Positions 39,685 through 52,878 of a stretch of DNA of 64,000 nt are shown here, piece after piece (the stretch's first letter is position 1; the number at the start of each line of letters is the position of its first letter). Origin of the DNA: Octopus vulgaris (Eukaryota); contig OX597817.1 in assembly GCA_951406725.2 (NCBI GenBank), positions 153,078,001 to 153,142,000 of the forward strand. Direction: 5' to 3'. The notes beneath the pieces were generated by a model that ran no database searches, was not told the origin of the DNA, and was given only the letters and a program-made list of their open reading frames with translations. A program made the translations under genes and the position numbers.

Positions 39685-39916
39685 TATTTCTTTATTGCCC
39701 ACAAGGAGCTAAACATAGAGGGGACAAACAAAGACAGACTAAAGGTTTAAGTCGATTACATCGACCCCGGTGCGTAACTAGTATTTAATTTATCAACCCC
39801 GAAAGGATGAAAGGCAAAGTCGACCTCGGCGGAATTTGAACTCAGAACGTAACGGCAGACGAAATACCGCTAAGCATCTCGCCTAGCGTGCTAACAATTC
39901 TGCCAGCTCGCCGCCT
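39685..39916 (-). mobile_element. SINE family B, full length with degenerate TSD
   Basis: Flanked by CCACGAAAGTAATTCT and CCACGTAAGCAATTCT. Confidence 0.9.
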
Positions 39917-40006
39917 TCCACGTAAGCAATTCTACAACTTAACAAAATATAGAAATAATACATTTCTAAATCTCTCAGAGAGATTTATGCAGTAGCAGCA
40001 CGATAA

Positions 40007-40284
40007 AGTGATAGTATTTTGTCAACTTAATGTGACAGTCCCATGAAAGGGAAGAATGCTACTGTTATTTAGCCCTAGGAAACACCGTTACCTGTTGGAC
40101 TTGACACATTTCTTCTGTCCTTATATGTTTTCAAAGTGGAGACAAGCACCTCCACCCAGCAAAGCCAGCATAAGGACACAGGAAATATGTCAAGTTCAAC
40201 AAGAAACGGTGTTTGCTAGGGCTAAACGACAGTAGCATTCTTCCCTTTCTTGGGACTGTTACATTCAGTTGACAACATATCACT
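40007..40284. mobile_element. Foldback MITE with ~115-bp inverted arms (Kolobok-like ends)
   Basis: Arms ~40007-40123 and ~40170-40284; ends ATAA|AGTG...CACT|TTAA. Confidence 0.75.
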
Positions 40285-40447
40285 TTAAACAAAATATGTT
40301 CTACACTTTTACAAGTTCAGCTAATTAGGTCTGAAGCTGCATGGTGTTTTATCTGATTAATTATTGCTAATTTAGTCGCTGCGATATTCTAGTAATCGTT
40401 GCTTTTATTTATTTATCTGTGTTTTGGTAACCTGTTTTGCCCTTCTT

Positions 40448-40565
40448 TTCTTCTTCTTCTTCTTCTTCTTCTTCTTCTTCTTCTTCTTCTTCTTCTTCTT
40501 CTTCTTCTTCTTCTTCTTCTTCTTCTTCTTCTTCTTCTTCTTCTTCTTCTTCTTCTTCTTCTTCT
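40448..40565. repeat. Pure (TTC)n microsatellite
   Basis: Directly visible. Confidence 0.95.
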
Positions 40566-41019
40566 ATTGCGGTAGACTGCCAATGTAATGTCGTTACAGT
40601 AACATGGTGTGGAGAGGGCTTAACTATCCAGATGATGATGATGACGATGGTGGTGAATCTCCACCACTACCATCGTCAGCAACAGCGATCACTAAACGGC
40701 ACAGACATTCGACTACTGTGCAAAGCTTTTAATATCTCCTATGCTGACCATTTACCAAATTATTCACTTTATAAATCTTTACAGCCTATCAGCCAGAAAC
40801 AGCTCAAAATTTGTAGGCCACTGTTTTCATTATAGTATCTCGTTGATCGCTTTGCAATAGTAATCGTTCTTGGTTCAAATCCAGCTACGATTAACTTTGT
40901 CTTTCATATTTTCGGGGATGCTAAAATAACGGGCATAACGTACAAGTTATGCATAGGAGCCGAATCATATCTCCCCCTTTTCCCTCTTCCTCTCAACCCC
41001 TTCTCCCTCCCTCCTTTTT

Positions 41020-41233
41020 TTTTTACTTGTTTTAGCCATGTGACTGTTGCCATGCTGGAGCACCGCCTTTAGTCGACCAAATCGACCCCAGGACTTATTT
41101 TTGTAAGCCTAGTACTTATTCTATTGTTCTCTTTTGCCGAATCGCTAAGTTACGAGGACGTAAACACACCTGCATCGGTTGTCAAGCGATGTTGGGGGGA
41201 CAAACACAGACACATAAAAACACACACACACAT

Positions 41234-41267
<34 letters not shown>

Positions 41268-41445
41268 GTATACATATATACGACGGTCTTCTTTTAGTTA
41301 CCGTCTACCAAATCTACTCACAAGGCTTTGGTCGGCCCGAGGCTATAGCAGAAAACACTTGCCCAAAGTGCTACGCACTGGAACTGAACCCGGAACCATG
41401 TGGTTCATTTGCAAGCTACTTACCACACAGCCACTCCTACGCCTG
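41020..41445 (-). mobile_element. SINE family A
   Basis: Match to the other copies. Confidence 0.9.
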
Positions 41446-41594
41446 TCTATGTTTTTAGAAGATATCGGCTGTGATTGGAGATTCGTTGGCTCCAAAATGA
41501 AATTGCCTAAGACACGTCGTATGTTATGATGGGGCCTCGCTACCCTACGATCCCATCAGGACTTGAGGGTCCACCGCATGCCATAGATATAAAT

Positions 41595-41718
41595 CAGGCA
41601 CGGGCAATATTTTTTCGTGGGGTGGATCGCACGAGGCATGGCTCATCATCAGGCAAGCCGCACTACTAAGTCGCATGTCATTCAGAAAGTCCCACGAACC
41701 GCAGTTTGCCAAAGACTG
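41595..41718. mobile_element. hAT-like MITE
   Basis: Ends CAGGCACGGGCAA / TTGCCAAAGACTG with 8-bp TSD-like flanks ATATAAAT / ATTTAAAT. Confidence 0.55.
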
Positions 41719-42144
41719 ATTTAAATATAAAGGTGATACAGATTATAACATGAAAAATATTCAGTTTTTGTGCATATGTATACAAATGTCAGTTAGTTGC
41801 ACATCAAAGTCACCGTTGGCTTTCAAAACCAAATCCGAAAAACGAAAAAAAATGATGTCAACAGGATTATAATAACAATTAGGTCACTGGGTCAACATCA
41901 AACGAGTGTCATATAACAAGATCAAAGGATTCTATTTTCGTCTATCAGGTCATCATCAAAGGAGAGTATCACGTGACTTCACATCTAGAAAGGAAATTAA
42001 GTTTCGTCATGGATCTGTTTGATGACGTGTTGGTTTCAGTGAAGAAGAGTTGGGGGTTCCTATTCTAACAGTAGCAGTGAAGGAATTAAATATCTCAGGT
42101 GAGGTGTTACCTTGAAGTAGACCATGGTGCTGAGAGAGCGCGTA

Positions 42145-42222
<78 letters not shown>

Positions 42223-42345
42223 GGGGGGGGGGAGAGCGCGAGAGAAATGGAAGACGAGACAGTGAGATTGATAAATTAAGAGGTAATACAAGTATATGAG
42301 AAGCAGAGAAGATGCTCAGAACAGAAAGAAACAAAAGGAGATAGG

Positions 42346-42417
<72 letters not shown>

Positions 42418-42878
42418 ATGTGATGGAAGGAAAGAATGTAAAAGAGAGATTTATAGATTAAGAGGTACGCAAGCACGTGACAATCACGTGACAGAAGGAC
42501 ACGTGACAGGCATGAGACACAAGGAAGAGAGAAAGGGGGTAAGGAAACTGAGGAAGAGAGATAAAAAAAGGAGGGACAGTGAGAAGAAAGAGTGAGAGAA
42601 AGAAAGAAAGAAATTGATAGATTGAAAGAGAGGGAGAATGAGAGAGAGATTGAGTGAGAAATAGAAACAGAGAGAGAGAAAGAAAGACAGAGAGACAAAG
42701 AGAGATTGAAAGAAAGAGAGAGAGAACGTCAAGATGGCATACACATAAACCGAAAGATAGGGAAACAATTAGAAAATGAGAGAACGAAGGAAATATAAGA
42801 AGAAGAAGAGGAAGAGGAGGTGGAGGAAGAAGAAGAAGAAGAAGTGGAAGAAGATTATTATTATCATTATTATTATTA

Positions 42879-42969
<91 letters not shown>

Positions 42970-43367
42970 AGGGGAACTTATGGTGACGTTAGTATGGTAC
43001 TAGCTGAGAATTAGTATGTGCTCTAGTGATTTGTAATATCGAGCTGCGGAGATCGCATCCTCCTTTCGAACGAAGAATGAATGAAATCAGTGCAAATTAT
43101 CGACCAACAGTTCAATATTAAAGGGAAATATCAACTGACTATAGAACATCAAAAGAAATTGTCGGTCATGAGGGCAAGATCATAGGAAAATGTCACGTGA
43201 CTGCTGTAAACTATGCCAAATGTTTATTTTTCTGCTTCTGAAAAGATCATTTTTGCAAACGGAAATGTTTATTGAACATTACAGTTTTATATTCGGACCT
43301 ATACACGCCACACCCACATCATGTGATGTATCTAATTTCGGCTTTGGTAGGTGGTAAGCACTGTTGA

Positions 43368-43470
<103 letters not shown>

Positions 43471-43765
43471 GTAATAGTAATAATAATAATAATAATAATA
43501 ACAATGGTAATAATAATAATAACAACATGTGATCGGTTGACGACGGCGCGCTGATTTCGATTCTCGATCAGAGCTGACACCGTTTTGCATTATTGCATCC
43601 CTATCAAAACTATTGCTTTTAGCAGATAAGTGTAACGAAAACAGCAGAAAAAATACTCAGTTCCTGTTCTGGATCAAGGAGAGAGGTATCGTGTCTAACG
43701 AATACATACATACATACATACATACATACACACATACATACATACATACATATATATATATATAT

Positions 43766-44880
43766 CTGTTCGTTGGCTATGTTGAGGCCCAAATATTCTC
43801 TAATTTCACTGGTCCCACTCCTGAACTATATGGTCGTTATATTGACGACATTATCGGTGCCACCTCACTCTCCCGCGAACATCTAGATTCCTTCCTCTCT
43901 TTCGTCCAATCTTTCCATCCAGCCCTCCACTTCACTTCCACTATCTCCAACACCTCTGTCTCCTTCCTCGACATTTCGGTTAGCATTCTTCACTCCACTC
44001 TTACCACCTCCATTCACTACAAACACACAGACTCACACTCATACCTCAACTTCTCTTCCTCCCACCCAGAACACACCAAGCTTTCCATCCCCTATTCCTA
44101 ATTCCTCCGTCTACGTAGGCTCTGTAGTGACGACCATGACTTTGAGACTCAGTCTCAACGTATGGCTCACCACTTCACCCTACGTGGATACCCCCTCACC
44201 ACTATCCACACCGCCCTTGCCAGAGCACGGTCCGTGGACCGTGTATCTGCTCTCTCTCCCCGAACCCGCCCTGTAGTCTCCCGCCTCCCTTTTCCCCTCA
44301 CTTACCACCCCACGACCCTACGTCTCCAACGCACCATTCTTCGAGCTTTCCGTCATCTCCAGTCCGACCCGTCCACTTCACACCTCTTCCCTAACCGACC
44401 CCTCCCCTCTTTCAAACGAGCCCACAACCTTCGGGACCTTTTGGTCCATAGCTCCTTCCCTGACCCTACCTCCCAACCCGGCTCGTTCCCCTGCTCCCGC
44501 CCACGTTGCCGCACTTGCCCTTACATCTCCAACACCACCCGCCTCACTAGCACCCACCATCGACCCTATCCCATCATCCACTCCTTCACCTGCACCTCCA
44601 GCAATATTATCTATTGCATCTCTTGCTCTCTCTGCAATTCCTTGTACATCGGACAAACGGGACGCCGCTTGGCTGACCGGTTCGCGGAACACCTTCGTGA
44701 CATCCACCTTGCGAACGACACACCGGTCTCACGCCATTTCCGCTCAACCGGTCACTCCTTGCAACACCTATCTGTGTTCGGTTTGTCCTTACACAGAGGC
44801 CATCCGGATTCCCGTTTGCGCCGTGAACAGGAATTAATCTTCTCTCTTCGCTCTTATACGCCATTTGGTCTCAACTCTCC
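43766..44880 (+). pseudogene. PLE RT C-terminus + GIY-YIG endonuclease
   Basis: 'RYIDD', 'FLD', 'SSSHP', 'CSRPRCRTC', 'NIIYCISCSLC..LYIGQT..RFAEH', 'RREQ..I...TPFGLN'; one in-frame TAA at 44099-44101. Confidence 0.93.
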
Positions 44881-45705
44881 CCCCCATCCTCATCTAACCC
44901 CCTCTCCCCCCTCCTCACCTATCCTTTCTCCCCCCGACCCCTACTTCTTCAGTCCTTCATCCTTTCACCCCTACTCCCCTTCCCTTCTTCCCTCTTTCTC
45001 CCTCCCTCTTCCCCTTCCCTCTGCTCCCTCACTCCCTCTCTCCCCTTCTCTCTCCCTCTCCCTCTTTCCTCCTTCATCCCCCTCATCCCCTTCCTTCTCC
45101 CCCATCCTCTCCTCTCCCCCTTCTCCTCCCCCTCTTCTCCCCCTCCCCCTCTTCTCCTCACTACACCACATGACTTTACACATCACATCACATATGATGT
45201 GCCATACTAATACACACACCAACTAATACCTACTAATACGTACTAATACATACTAGTACATACTAATACTTACACCAACCCTATACATACACACGTCCAG
45301 ACCCCGCATACGCACTTATACTCTCTCACACACACACACACACACCTATACATACCAATACGTACTAATACATACTAATACATACTAATACATACACCAA
45401 CCCCATACATACGCACGTCCAGACCAATCTTACGCACTAATACTCTCTCATACACACACACACACACCCCTTATACATACTAATACATACACCAACCCTA
45501 TACATACACACATCCAGACCCCTCCCACGCACTTTTAGCTGGTCCCTCAACCCTTTTATCAACCCTATTATCTCCCCTTATTTCGCTCTCGCGTCTCATG
45601 TTTGATCTTTGACCTCTGGCCGAAATCAGATCGCCATGTTGATTCGTTAGCTACTGCACGCATTTTTTTTCTCTCCTTCTTTCTGTGTTTTTCTCTCTCT
45701 GTGTA

Positions 45706-45743
45706 TCTTTCTGTTGAAGAGCGTAGGCTCGAAACGTTAAAGA
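45706..45743 (+). ncRNA. Minimal type I hammerhead motif, CUGUUGA core variant
   Basis: TCTTT-CTGTTGA-a-GAGC gtag GCTC-GAAA-CG-TT-AAAGA; 5-bp stem I and 4-bp stem II. Confidence 0.7.
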
Positions 45744-45860
45744 CTTGTTTTATTTATATTTCCTGAGCGCCATACTAATACAATTGTTCGTTTGTTTTCC
45801 ACCTGCCTTCGTCTTTTGTTTATTTTCATAAAGCTTCCCGTTATATATATATATATATAT

Positions 45861-46076
45861 ACCGGAGTAAACACATAAATGATGTGAAACAAGGTGGAAA
45901 AAAGAGTACTCAAATACCAGTGGTAGAGTAATATGCTTTATTTAAAGCAGCAGAAAATTCAACAAAACCTGTTACTCTGAGTTTCCCGTTGCCGTTCGTC
46001 GGACAGTTTTTGCTAGAATGGCAACGGGAAACTCAGAATAACAGGTTTTGTTGAATTTTCTGCTGCTTCAAATAAA

Positions 46077-46080
<4 letters not shown>
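45861..46080 (-). mobile_element. Short PLE-tail element with partial inverted duplication, in (TA)n
   Basis: Inverted arms 45931-45997 and 46016-46082; contains a hammerhead motif. Confidence 0.7.
45964..46010 (-). ncRNA. Minimal type I hammerhead motif, CCGACGA core variant
   Basis: aaaaCTGT-CCGACGA-a-CG gcaa CG-g-GAAA-CTCAGAG-TA-ACAGgtttt. Confidence 0.6.
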
Positions 46081-46127
<47 letters not shown>

Positions 46128-46142
46128 TATATATATAAAATA

Positions 46143-46649
46143 AAGTCATTTATAATACTTTAGGGTAAGGTGAATTTGAAGTTTTACAGCTGTTTCTGGG
46201 GTATCCCAAGTCATAGGCTTGCATGTCCGTAGACTGGGTATTCCGTTATCAGATACAAGGTGTAGTATTTATGAAAAATTCCGGACAGGGAAATTCGCGG
46301 TTTATAACGAATAAAATAGAAAAATATAGACAGGAGAATAAAGTTCATAATTCATCTTTTCCCATACTGCTCTGGAAAAAGATGAATTGTGAACTTTATT
46401 CTCCTGTCTATCTTCTATTTACTTTTGTTCTTTATTCTTCTATTTTATTCCCTATAAACCGCGAATTTCCCAGTCCGGAACTTTCATACATACTCACCTT
46501 GTCTCTGATGACAGAATTCTCAGTGTACGGACATGCTAGCCTATTACTTAGGATATCCCAGAAACAGGTGTGAAACTTTAAATTCACCTTACCCTAAATT
46601 ATTATTATAAATGACTTGTTTTTACTCTTGGTTTTTGTTATTCCTTTCC

Positions 46650-46652
<3 letters not shown>
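46143..46652. mobile_element. Palindromic (head-to-head) PLE-tail-like element in (TA)n, hammerhead-like motif in each arm
   Basis: Arms ~46143-46362 and ~46374-46617; CTGATGA (46505) ... GAAACAGGTGTG on +, CTGATAA ... GAAACAGCTGTA on -. Confidence 0.7.
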
Positions 46653-46702
<50 letters not shown>

Positions 46703-47026
46703 GTAGTTAGGATTAGAATCGAAGGCGTGTCCTCTTAGAGTTCATCTGGTATTCCAAATCCGTATATAGATGTTATATTTGTCTGAGGCATGCATAAGAG
46801 TTGAAATTTCTGGAAAACATGTTTTGCAGCGTAAATATATATTAAAATAGGAGATTTTTGGTATTGTATATTCACCATTACACACGCTTCATTTGCAAAT
46901 AGCAGTTACGAAATTGTGCAGGCAGGAGAAACATGTCAGATAATCTCCCATTAGAAATTTATCAGACAGATATCAAAATTTACCCAATCACCTGTCTTGA
47001 TGTATATATATATATATATATATATA

Positions 47027-47419
47027 CTAACAGTATCGCCCGGCGTTGCTCGGGTTTGTAAGGGAAATAACTATATAAGCATTTTTAGAGAGTTATAGCC
47101 AAAAAATAGCAAAAAAATGCATTAAAAATGGAAAAAAAATGATGGTAATTTTTTTTTTAATCGTTGACTCATCGTAGACATCTTTAGAGAGTTACTTCCC
47201 TTATATAATAGCGAAAAAATGCATTAAAATGGAAAAAAATGATGGTAAATTTTTTTAAAATCGTAGACTCATCGTAGACGCGCGCTAATACCCAGAAGGG
47301 CTCGATATGAATAACGACTATAAGATACCCGGTTTTGGTTAAACTGCACCGCAAAATGTGGGAGTAGTTAGGAATCTAAATTGTAGGAGACAGACACACA
47401 ACTTCACTTTTTTATATAA

Positions 47420-47422
<3 letters not shown>
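47027..47422 (-). mobile_element. Non-autonomous Helitron
   Basis: Minus strand A|TC start, subterminal hairpin CCCGAGCAACGCCGGG, end TTAG|T (CTAG-like), no TSD; internal ~100-bp tandem duplication. Confidence 0.75.
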
Positions 47423-47467
<45 letters not shown>

Positions 47468-48249
47468 GTATATATACATACGACTGAACAAGCTCCTGAG
47501 ATTCTAAGGGATTAAGCTGTAATCAATGGGCAAGTTAAGCCATACTATTACATTTACTCTTCCGGGAGGATTTCATTTCGCCTGGTTTTTATATTGTATT
47601 GTTTCTTAACTTAATACGTCTATGAAAGGATTTTCCTGGACGAAAGCATTTCAGTGCTATACATTTATTAAGTATGTCATACACACACATACAACCAAGC
47701 AAACTCAACACAAGTATATCTACAGCAACAAACACACTCTTACAAACACGCTTACACACATACGCAAACACATTGATGCAAACACGCATATATTCAAAAG
47801 ACTGCGTTCGATATTAAAATGAACCGATGTTACAATAGCTTCAATAAACGCCGCCAATACTTCACCATCCTTTGCTGCTCGGGAGATCGTGTTTCAATTC
47901 ATGCTGCCTCCCCATCTCACAAACATATTGATCAGGTTTATATTTCAGATGAAAATGTAAGAGAATATATTTCATATTGATTTGGGTTTTGAAAGCTACT
48001 CAAATCATACATACATCGTACATCATAAAACTGTTTGTTCTTTACACTTTTCCAGTCGGCACAGCTACGTCCAAGCTGTATCCTTGCTTTCTATAATGAT
48101 CAGATATAAGATGAGCCAACGAGGAAGTCGCTGCGTCGTCTTTGATCCATCTATTGGAAATAGTAGCCAAAAACTCTTTTAGCATACTTTTGTGTCTTAA
48201 ATGCACAAGGAGGATGCATTGGATAATGTCTCTGATATATGAAATATTT

Positions 48250-48482
48250 CTTATTTCTTTATTGCCCACAAGGAGCTAAACATAGAGGGGACAAACAAGG
48301 ACAGACAAGGGGATTAAGTCAATTACATCGGCCAAATGCGTAACTGGTACTTAATTTATCGACCCCGAAAGGATGAAAGGCAAAGTTGACCTCGGCGGAA
48401 TTTGAACTCAGAACGTAAAGACAGACGAAAAACTGCTAAGCATTTCGCCCGGCGTGCTAACGTTTCTGCCAGCTCGCCGCCT
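48250..48482 (-). mobile_element. SINE family B, full length with TSD
   Basis: Flanked by TGTCTCTGATATA(T/C)GAAAT on both sides. Confidence 0.9.
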
Positions 48483-48804
48483 TGTCTCTGATATACGAAA
48501 TGTTTCTGATATACAAAAATACCGGATGATCACGTGTGGAACGCCTTTTGTCATAAATCTGTTCGGCAAGAATTGATTTAGGGCTAAACAACACAAACAG
48601 TAACTAGAATAATGTAAGGAGCTTCAAATAATGATTCGTTTTAGACACTGGACAAATAACTTATTGAGGAAGGAATAGAAAGCTCTACATACCTGCACAT
48701 ACACCTACACATACCCGCTCGCACACACACATACACACATAAACACACAGAGGCACGCACATGCACAAACACACACTCACGCACACACATACATACATAC
48801 ATAC

Positions 48805-48857
<53 letters not shown>

Positions 48858-48920
48858 AATTGTGTGGACGTGTGAAAGACAAACATAGGTTGGACTGATA
48901 AGGACAGCCAAATATATACA

Positions 48921-49173
48921 CAGTGATGCCTCACCATATCGCGGTTCACCCACCGCGGTTCACCTATCGCGGTTCACCTATCGCGGTTCACCTATCGCGG
49001 TTCACCTATCGCGGTTCACCTATCGCGGTTCACCTATCGTGGTTTATTATTTAAGCTTATGTCGATTCCTCTGTGGTGTTGTTCTGCATTTAGCATAAAA
49101 TAAATATATACAAATTATAAAACAATATAAACAATTTTTGAACGTAACACCCGCAATAATCGAGGGATAACTG
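48921..49173. mobile_element. Tigger-like MITE with internal 14-bp tandem repeat
   Basis: Ends CAGTGATGCCTC / GAGGGATAACTG-TA; (CACCTATCGCGGTT) about 7 times at 48932-49045. Confidence 0.65.
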
Positions 49174-49227
49174 TATATACTATCAGAAAGACTGCCCTCC
49201 GGGCGGTTTTTAGCTACCCGCTTTTCT

Positions 49228-49630
49228 TTTATTCTTTTACTTGTTTCAGTTATTTGACTGCGGCCATGCAGGAGCACCGACTTTTAGTCGAATCTAATCG
49301 ACCCCAGGACTTATTCTTTGTAAGCCTAGTACTTATTCTATCGGTCACTTTTGCCGAACTGCTAAGTTACGGGGACGTAAACACGCCAGCATCGATTGTC
49401 AAGCGAAGTTGGGAGGACAAACACATATACACAATATATACACACGCACATATATATAAACTTATAAACGACGGGCTTCTTTCAATTTCCGTCTACCAAA
49501 TCCACTCACAAAGCTTTGGTCGGCCCGAGGCTATAGTAGAAGACACTTGCCCAAGGGTCCACGCAGTGGGACTGAACCCGGAACCATGTGGTTGGTAAGC
49601 AAGCTACTTACCACACAGCCACTCCTGCGC
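49228..49630 (-). mobile_element. SINE family A
   Basis: Match to the other copies. Confidence 0.9.
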
Positions 49631-49892
49631 TTGATAATATTTTCACATTTGATTCCCAATTCTAATATTTTTTATGATATTGTCCGCTGTCGTGCCTTTG
49701 CTGCTAAATGTTCTCTTTCAGTCGCATATTTTGGCATTCTTTTGGTTGAATCCCCAGAAATGCTAAAATGAAGAGCTGGTTTTTTTCGTTAATTCTGTAA
49801 ATTTTTATTTATTTACCTTTGTTTTAAAGTGAAAGATGCATGCACATGTATATGAAATGGACATGTGCATGTGTGTATGTGTGAGTGTGTGT

Positions 49893-49941
<49 letters not shown>

Positions 49942-50525
49942 TGACGTGAAGTGATGTGTTGTCATGTATACACACATACAGAAATAATTATGCATACATC
50001 TTTTTTGTACGTAAGTGTGCGTGTGTGCGTGTGTGTGTGAGAGAGATAGAAAGTGTGTGCCACATAGACATAGCACTCTCTCTGTCTCTCTCTCTCACAC
50101 ACACATACAAAAAAGATGTATGCATATGTATTTATGTATCTATGCATGACAACACACCCCTCACTCACGCTCTCATTCTCTCTCTTTCACACACACACAC
50201 ACACACACACATTCAAACACACACAAACACACACATACATAAATGTATACAAACGTACATACAAAAACACACGTGTGCGTGTGTGACTGACTACAAATAT
50301 ACAGAGCTGAACACGGCGCACAAAAAAAGTAAATAGATAAAAAAAAATTGTTACGGAAATTAACGAAGCGTGCGGGTTCAAGCGAGAGAATGCCAATATT
50401 TTTTTGGAGACCCCACGTTGAATTGCAAAATTCTAATGCGATATTTGTGTAATAACGAAATCAAAGCTGGAGTGTGTTTGTTTATATTACAAAGACAGTG
50501 TGTCTCTTTATATTAGAGAGACAGT

Positions 50526-50580
<55 letters not shown>

Positions 50581-51057
50581 GGAGAGAGAACATTGCAAAG
50601 AATGAACGAAATAAACATGAAATGAAAAAATCGAAAAATAAAAAACTCGTTAAAAACTATATTGTACCGAATATTTAAATATATAAACTTGAAATATTCA
50701 ATAATAAAACGAAGTTCAGAAAGTAAATTTTCGTGAAATCTTCACTTTATAAAATATCTCAATTGCTTAGTAAATATTTCGTTCAGTAATTTTATCGTAG
50801 TTGTTTGCAAATAGCGAATGAAAACTTGAAATGAAAACATTGAAATAGAGAGTGAGACATCTCGCAAATGAAAACGGAAAATTTCGCCTGCAACGAATTA
50901 ATATTGTTTAGGTAGTTGCTGCGTCAATACCGGAAGTTAACATTGAAAAACATTTTCAAAGAAGTGAATCATATATATAAAGCAATATTATTTATTTTTA
51001 CGCGCAGCCATTGTCGCGTGAAAAGCGAATACACACACACAGAAGTCTATTTTATAT

Positions 51058-52228
51058 AATCAGCCCCCTCCTATTTATCATAGTCCTCCAGGCAATAACA
51101 GAGGAATTCAAGACAGGTTGCCCCTGGGAGCTCCTCTATGCTGACGACCTCGCTCTAATTGCTGAGTCACTATCAGAACTGGAGGAGAAGTTCCAGGTGT
51201 GGAAGGATGGTTTAGAAGCGAGGGGCCTTAGAGTCAACCTAGCTAAAACCAAAGTACTAATAAGTAGAAAGGTAGGCAATCCACAAATGTCCTCAGGAAG
51301 ATGGCCCTGCTCGATCTGTAGAAAAGGTGTAGGTAGAAACTCTATAAGATGTACCCAGTGTAAGCTATGGACACACAAGAGGTGCAGCAATGTCAAAGGT
51401 AGGCTAACTGGGAAGATAGTTTTTATATGTGGCAGATGCTCGGGAGCATTGACCTCCGAAAATCTGCAGAAAACAACTTCCGTCACTTTCCAGGGGTAAA
51501 AATTAGAAGTAGTTGATAGCTTCCGTTATCTAGGTGACCAAGTCAGTAGTGGGGGTGGGTGCGCTGAGAGTGTAACTGCTAGAATAAGAATAGCCTGGGC
51601 AAAGTTTAGGGAGCTCTTACCTCTGCTGGTGACTAAAGGCCTCTCGCTCAGAGTAAAGGGCAGACTGTATGATGCATGTGTTCGAACTGCCATGCTACAT
51701 GGCAGTGAAACATGGGCCGTGACTGCTGAGGACATGCGTAAGCTCATGAGGAATGAAGCCAGTATGCTCCGATGGATGTGTAATGTCAGTGTACTTACTC
51801 GACAGAGCGTTAGTTCCCTGAGAGAAATGTTGTACCTAAGAAGCATCAGTTGTTGCGTGCAAGAGAGACGATTGCGCTGGTATGGTCATGTGGCGAGAAT
51901 GGATGAAGATAGGTGTGTGAGAAAGTGCCAATCCCTAGCAGTTGAGGGAACCCGTGGAAGAGGTAGACCCAGGAAAACCTGGGACGAGGTGGTGAAGCAC
52001 GACCTTCGAACGTTAGGTCTCACCATGGAAATGACTAGAGACCGAGACCTATGGAAGTATGCTGTGCGTGAGAAGACCCGGCAAGACTAGTGAAGCCATA
52101 ACCCGTGGCCCCTACCTGGGACGTAGTCAGTCCACCTGTGCATACCTTCCTGCTTGTGACACTTGTGAAGACCTGTTGAGGCAAATCAAATCAAAGTCAA
52201 ATCGAATCAAGTCAAACCAAATCAAAAT
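51058..52228 (+). mobile_element. RTE-like LINE, 5'-truncated (RT C-terminus with inserted PHD-type finger)
   Basis: 'SPLLFIIV...LLYADD...GLRVNLAKTK', Cys/His finger, 'FRYLG', 'RLRWYGHV.RM...GRGRP.KTW'; single in-frame TAA at 51497-51499; stop at 52090; (CAAAT)n-like tail. Confidence 0.92.
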
Positions 52229-52305
52229 AGATGAACATCAATGGAATTTGTATCCCTGTGGTACCAGAATAGATAGATAAATAGATAGATAGATAGATAG
52301 ATAAG

Positions 52306-52359
<54 letters not shown>

Positions 52360-52636
52360 TATAGGTAGATAGACAGACAGATTGACAGATAGAGAGACCG
52401 AATGTTTAAGTGATACAGGGGTTGCTATTGATATATTTGACCGACAGAATTACAGAAAGTCAGGTCGATACATTGGTATATGCGTACGTAGGTATACATA
52501 CAAATATACATGCATACGTACGTACATACACGTCTCCACACATACATGGATATACACTGATATGCATATAAACACCTACCCTTCCTTTTATTGTGTTTTG
52601 CAGTATGAAACTGATAGTGTCTCGAATATATACACT

Positions 52637-52668
<32 letters not shown>

Positions 52669-52811
52669 TGTATGTATGTATGTATGTATTTATGTATGCA
52701 TATATATGTGTGTGTATGTATATATATATATGTATATATATGTGTGTATGTATATATATATATATAGTGAGATAGATAGATAGAAAGATAGATAGATAGA
52801 TAGATAGATAT

Positions 52812-52878
<67 letters not shown>

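Larger units (their letters stand above)
43766..45842 (+). mobile_element. Penelope-like retroelement, Neptune-like, 5'-truncated, inserted in (TA)n
   Basis: Starts mid-RT immediately after (TA)n; RT, Cys linker, GIY-YIG, C/T-rich 3' UTR, hammerhead motif; ends at (TA)n. Confidence 0.92.

Noticed and set aside
42033-42105. Possible small exon (TTTCAG...CTCAG|GTGAGG)
   Set aside because: Weak polypyrimidine tract, no recognisable protein and no partner exons.
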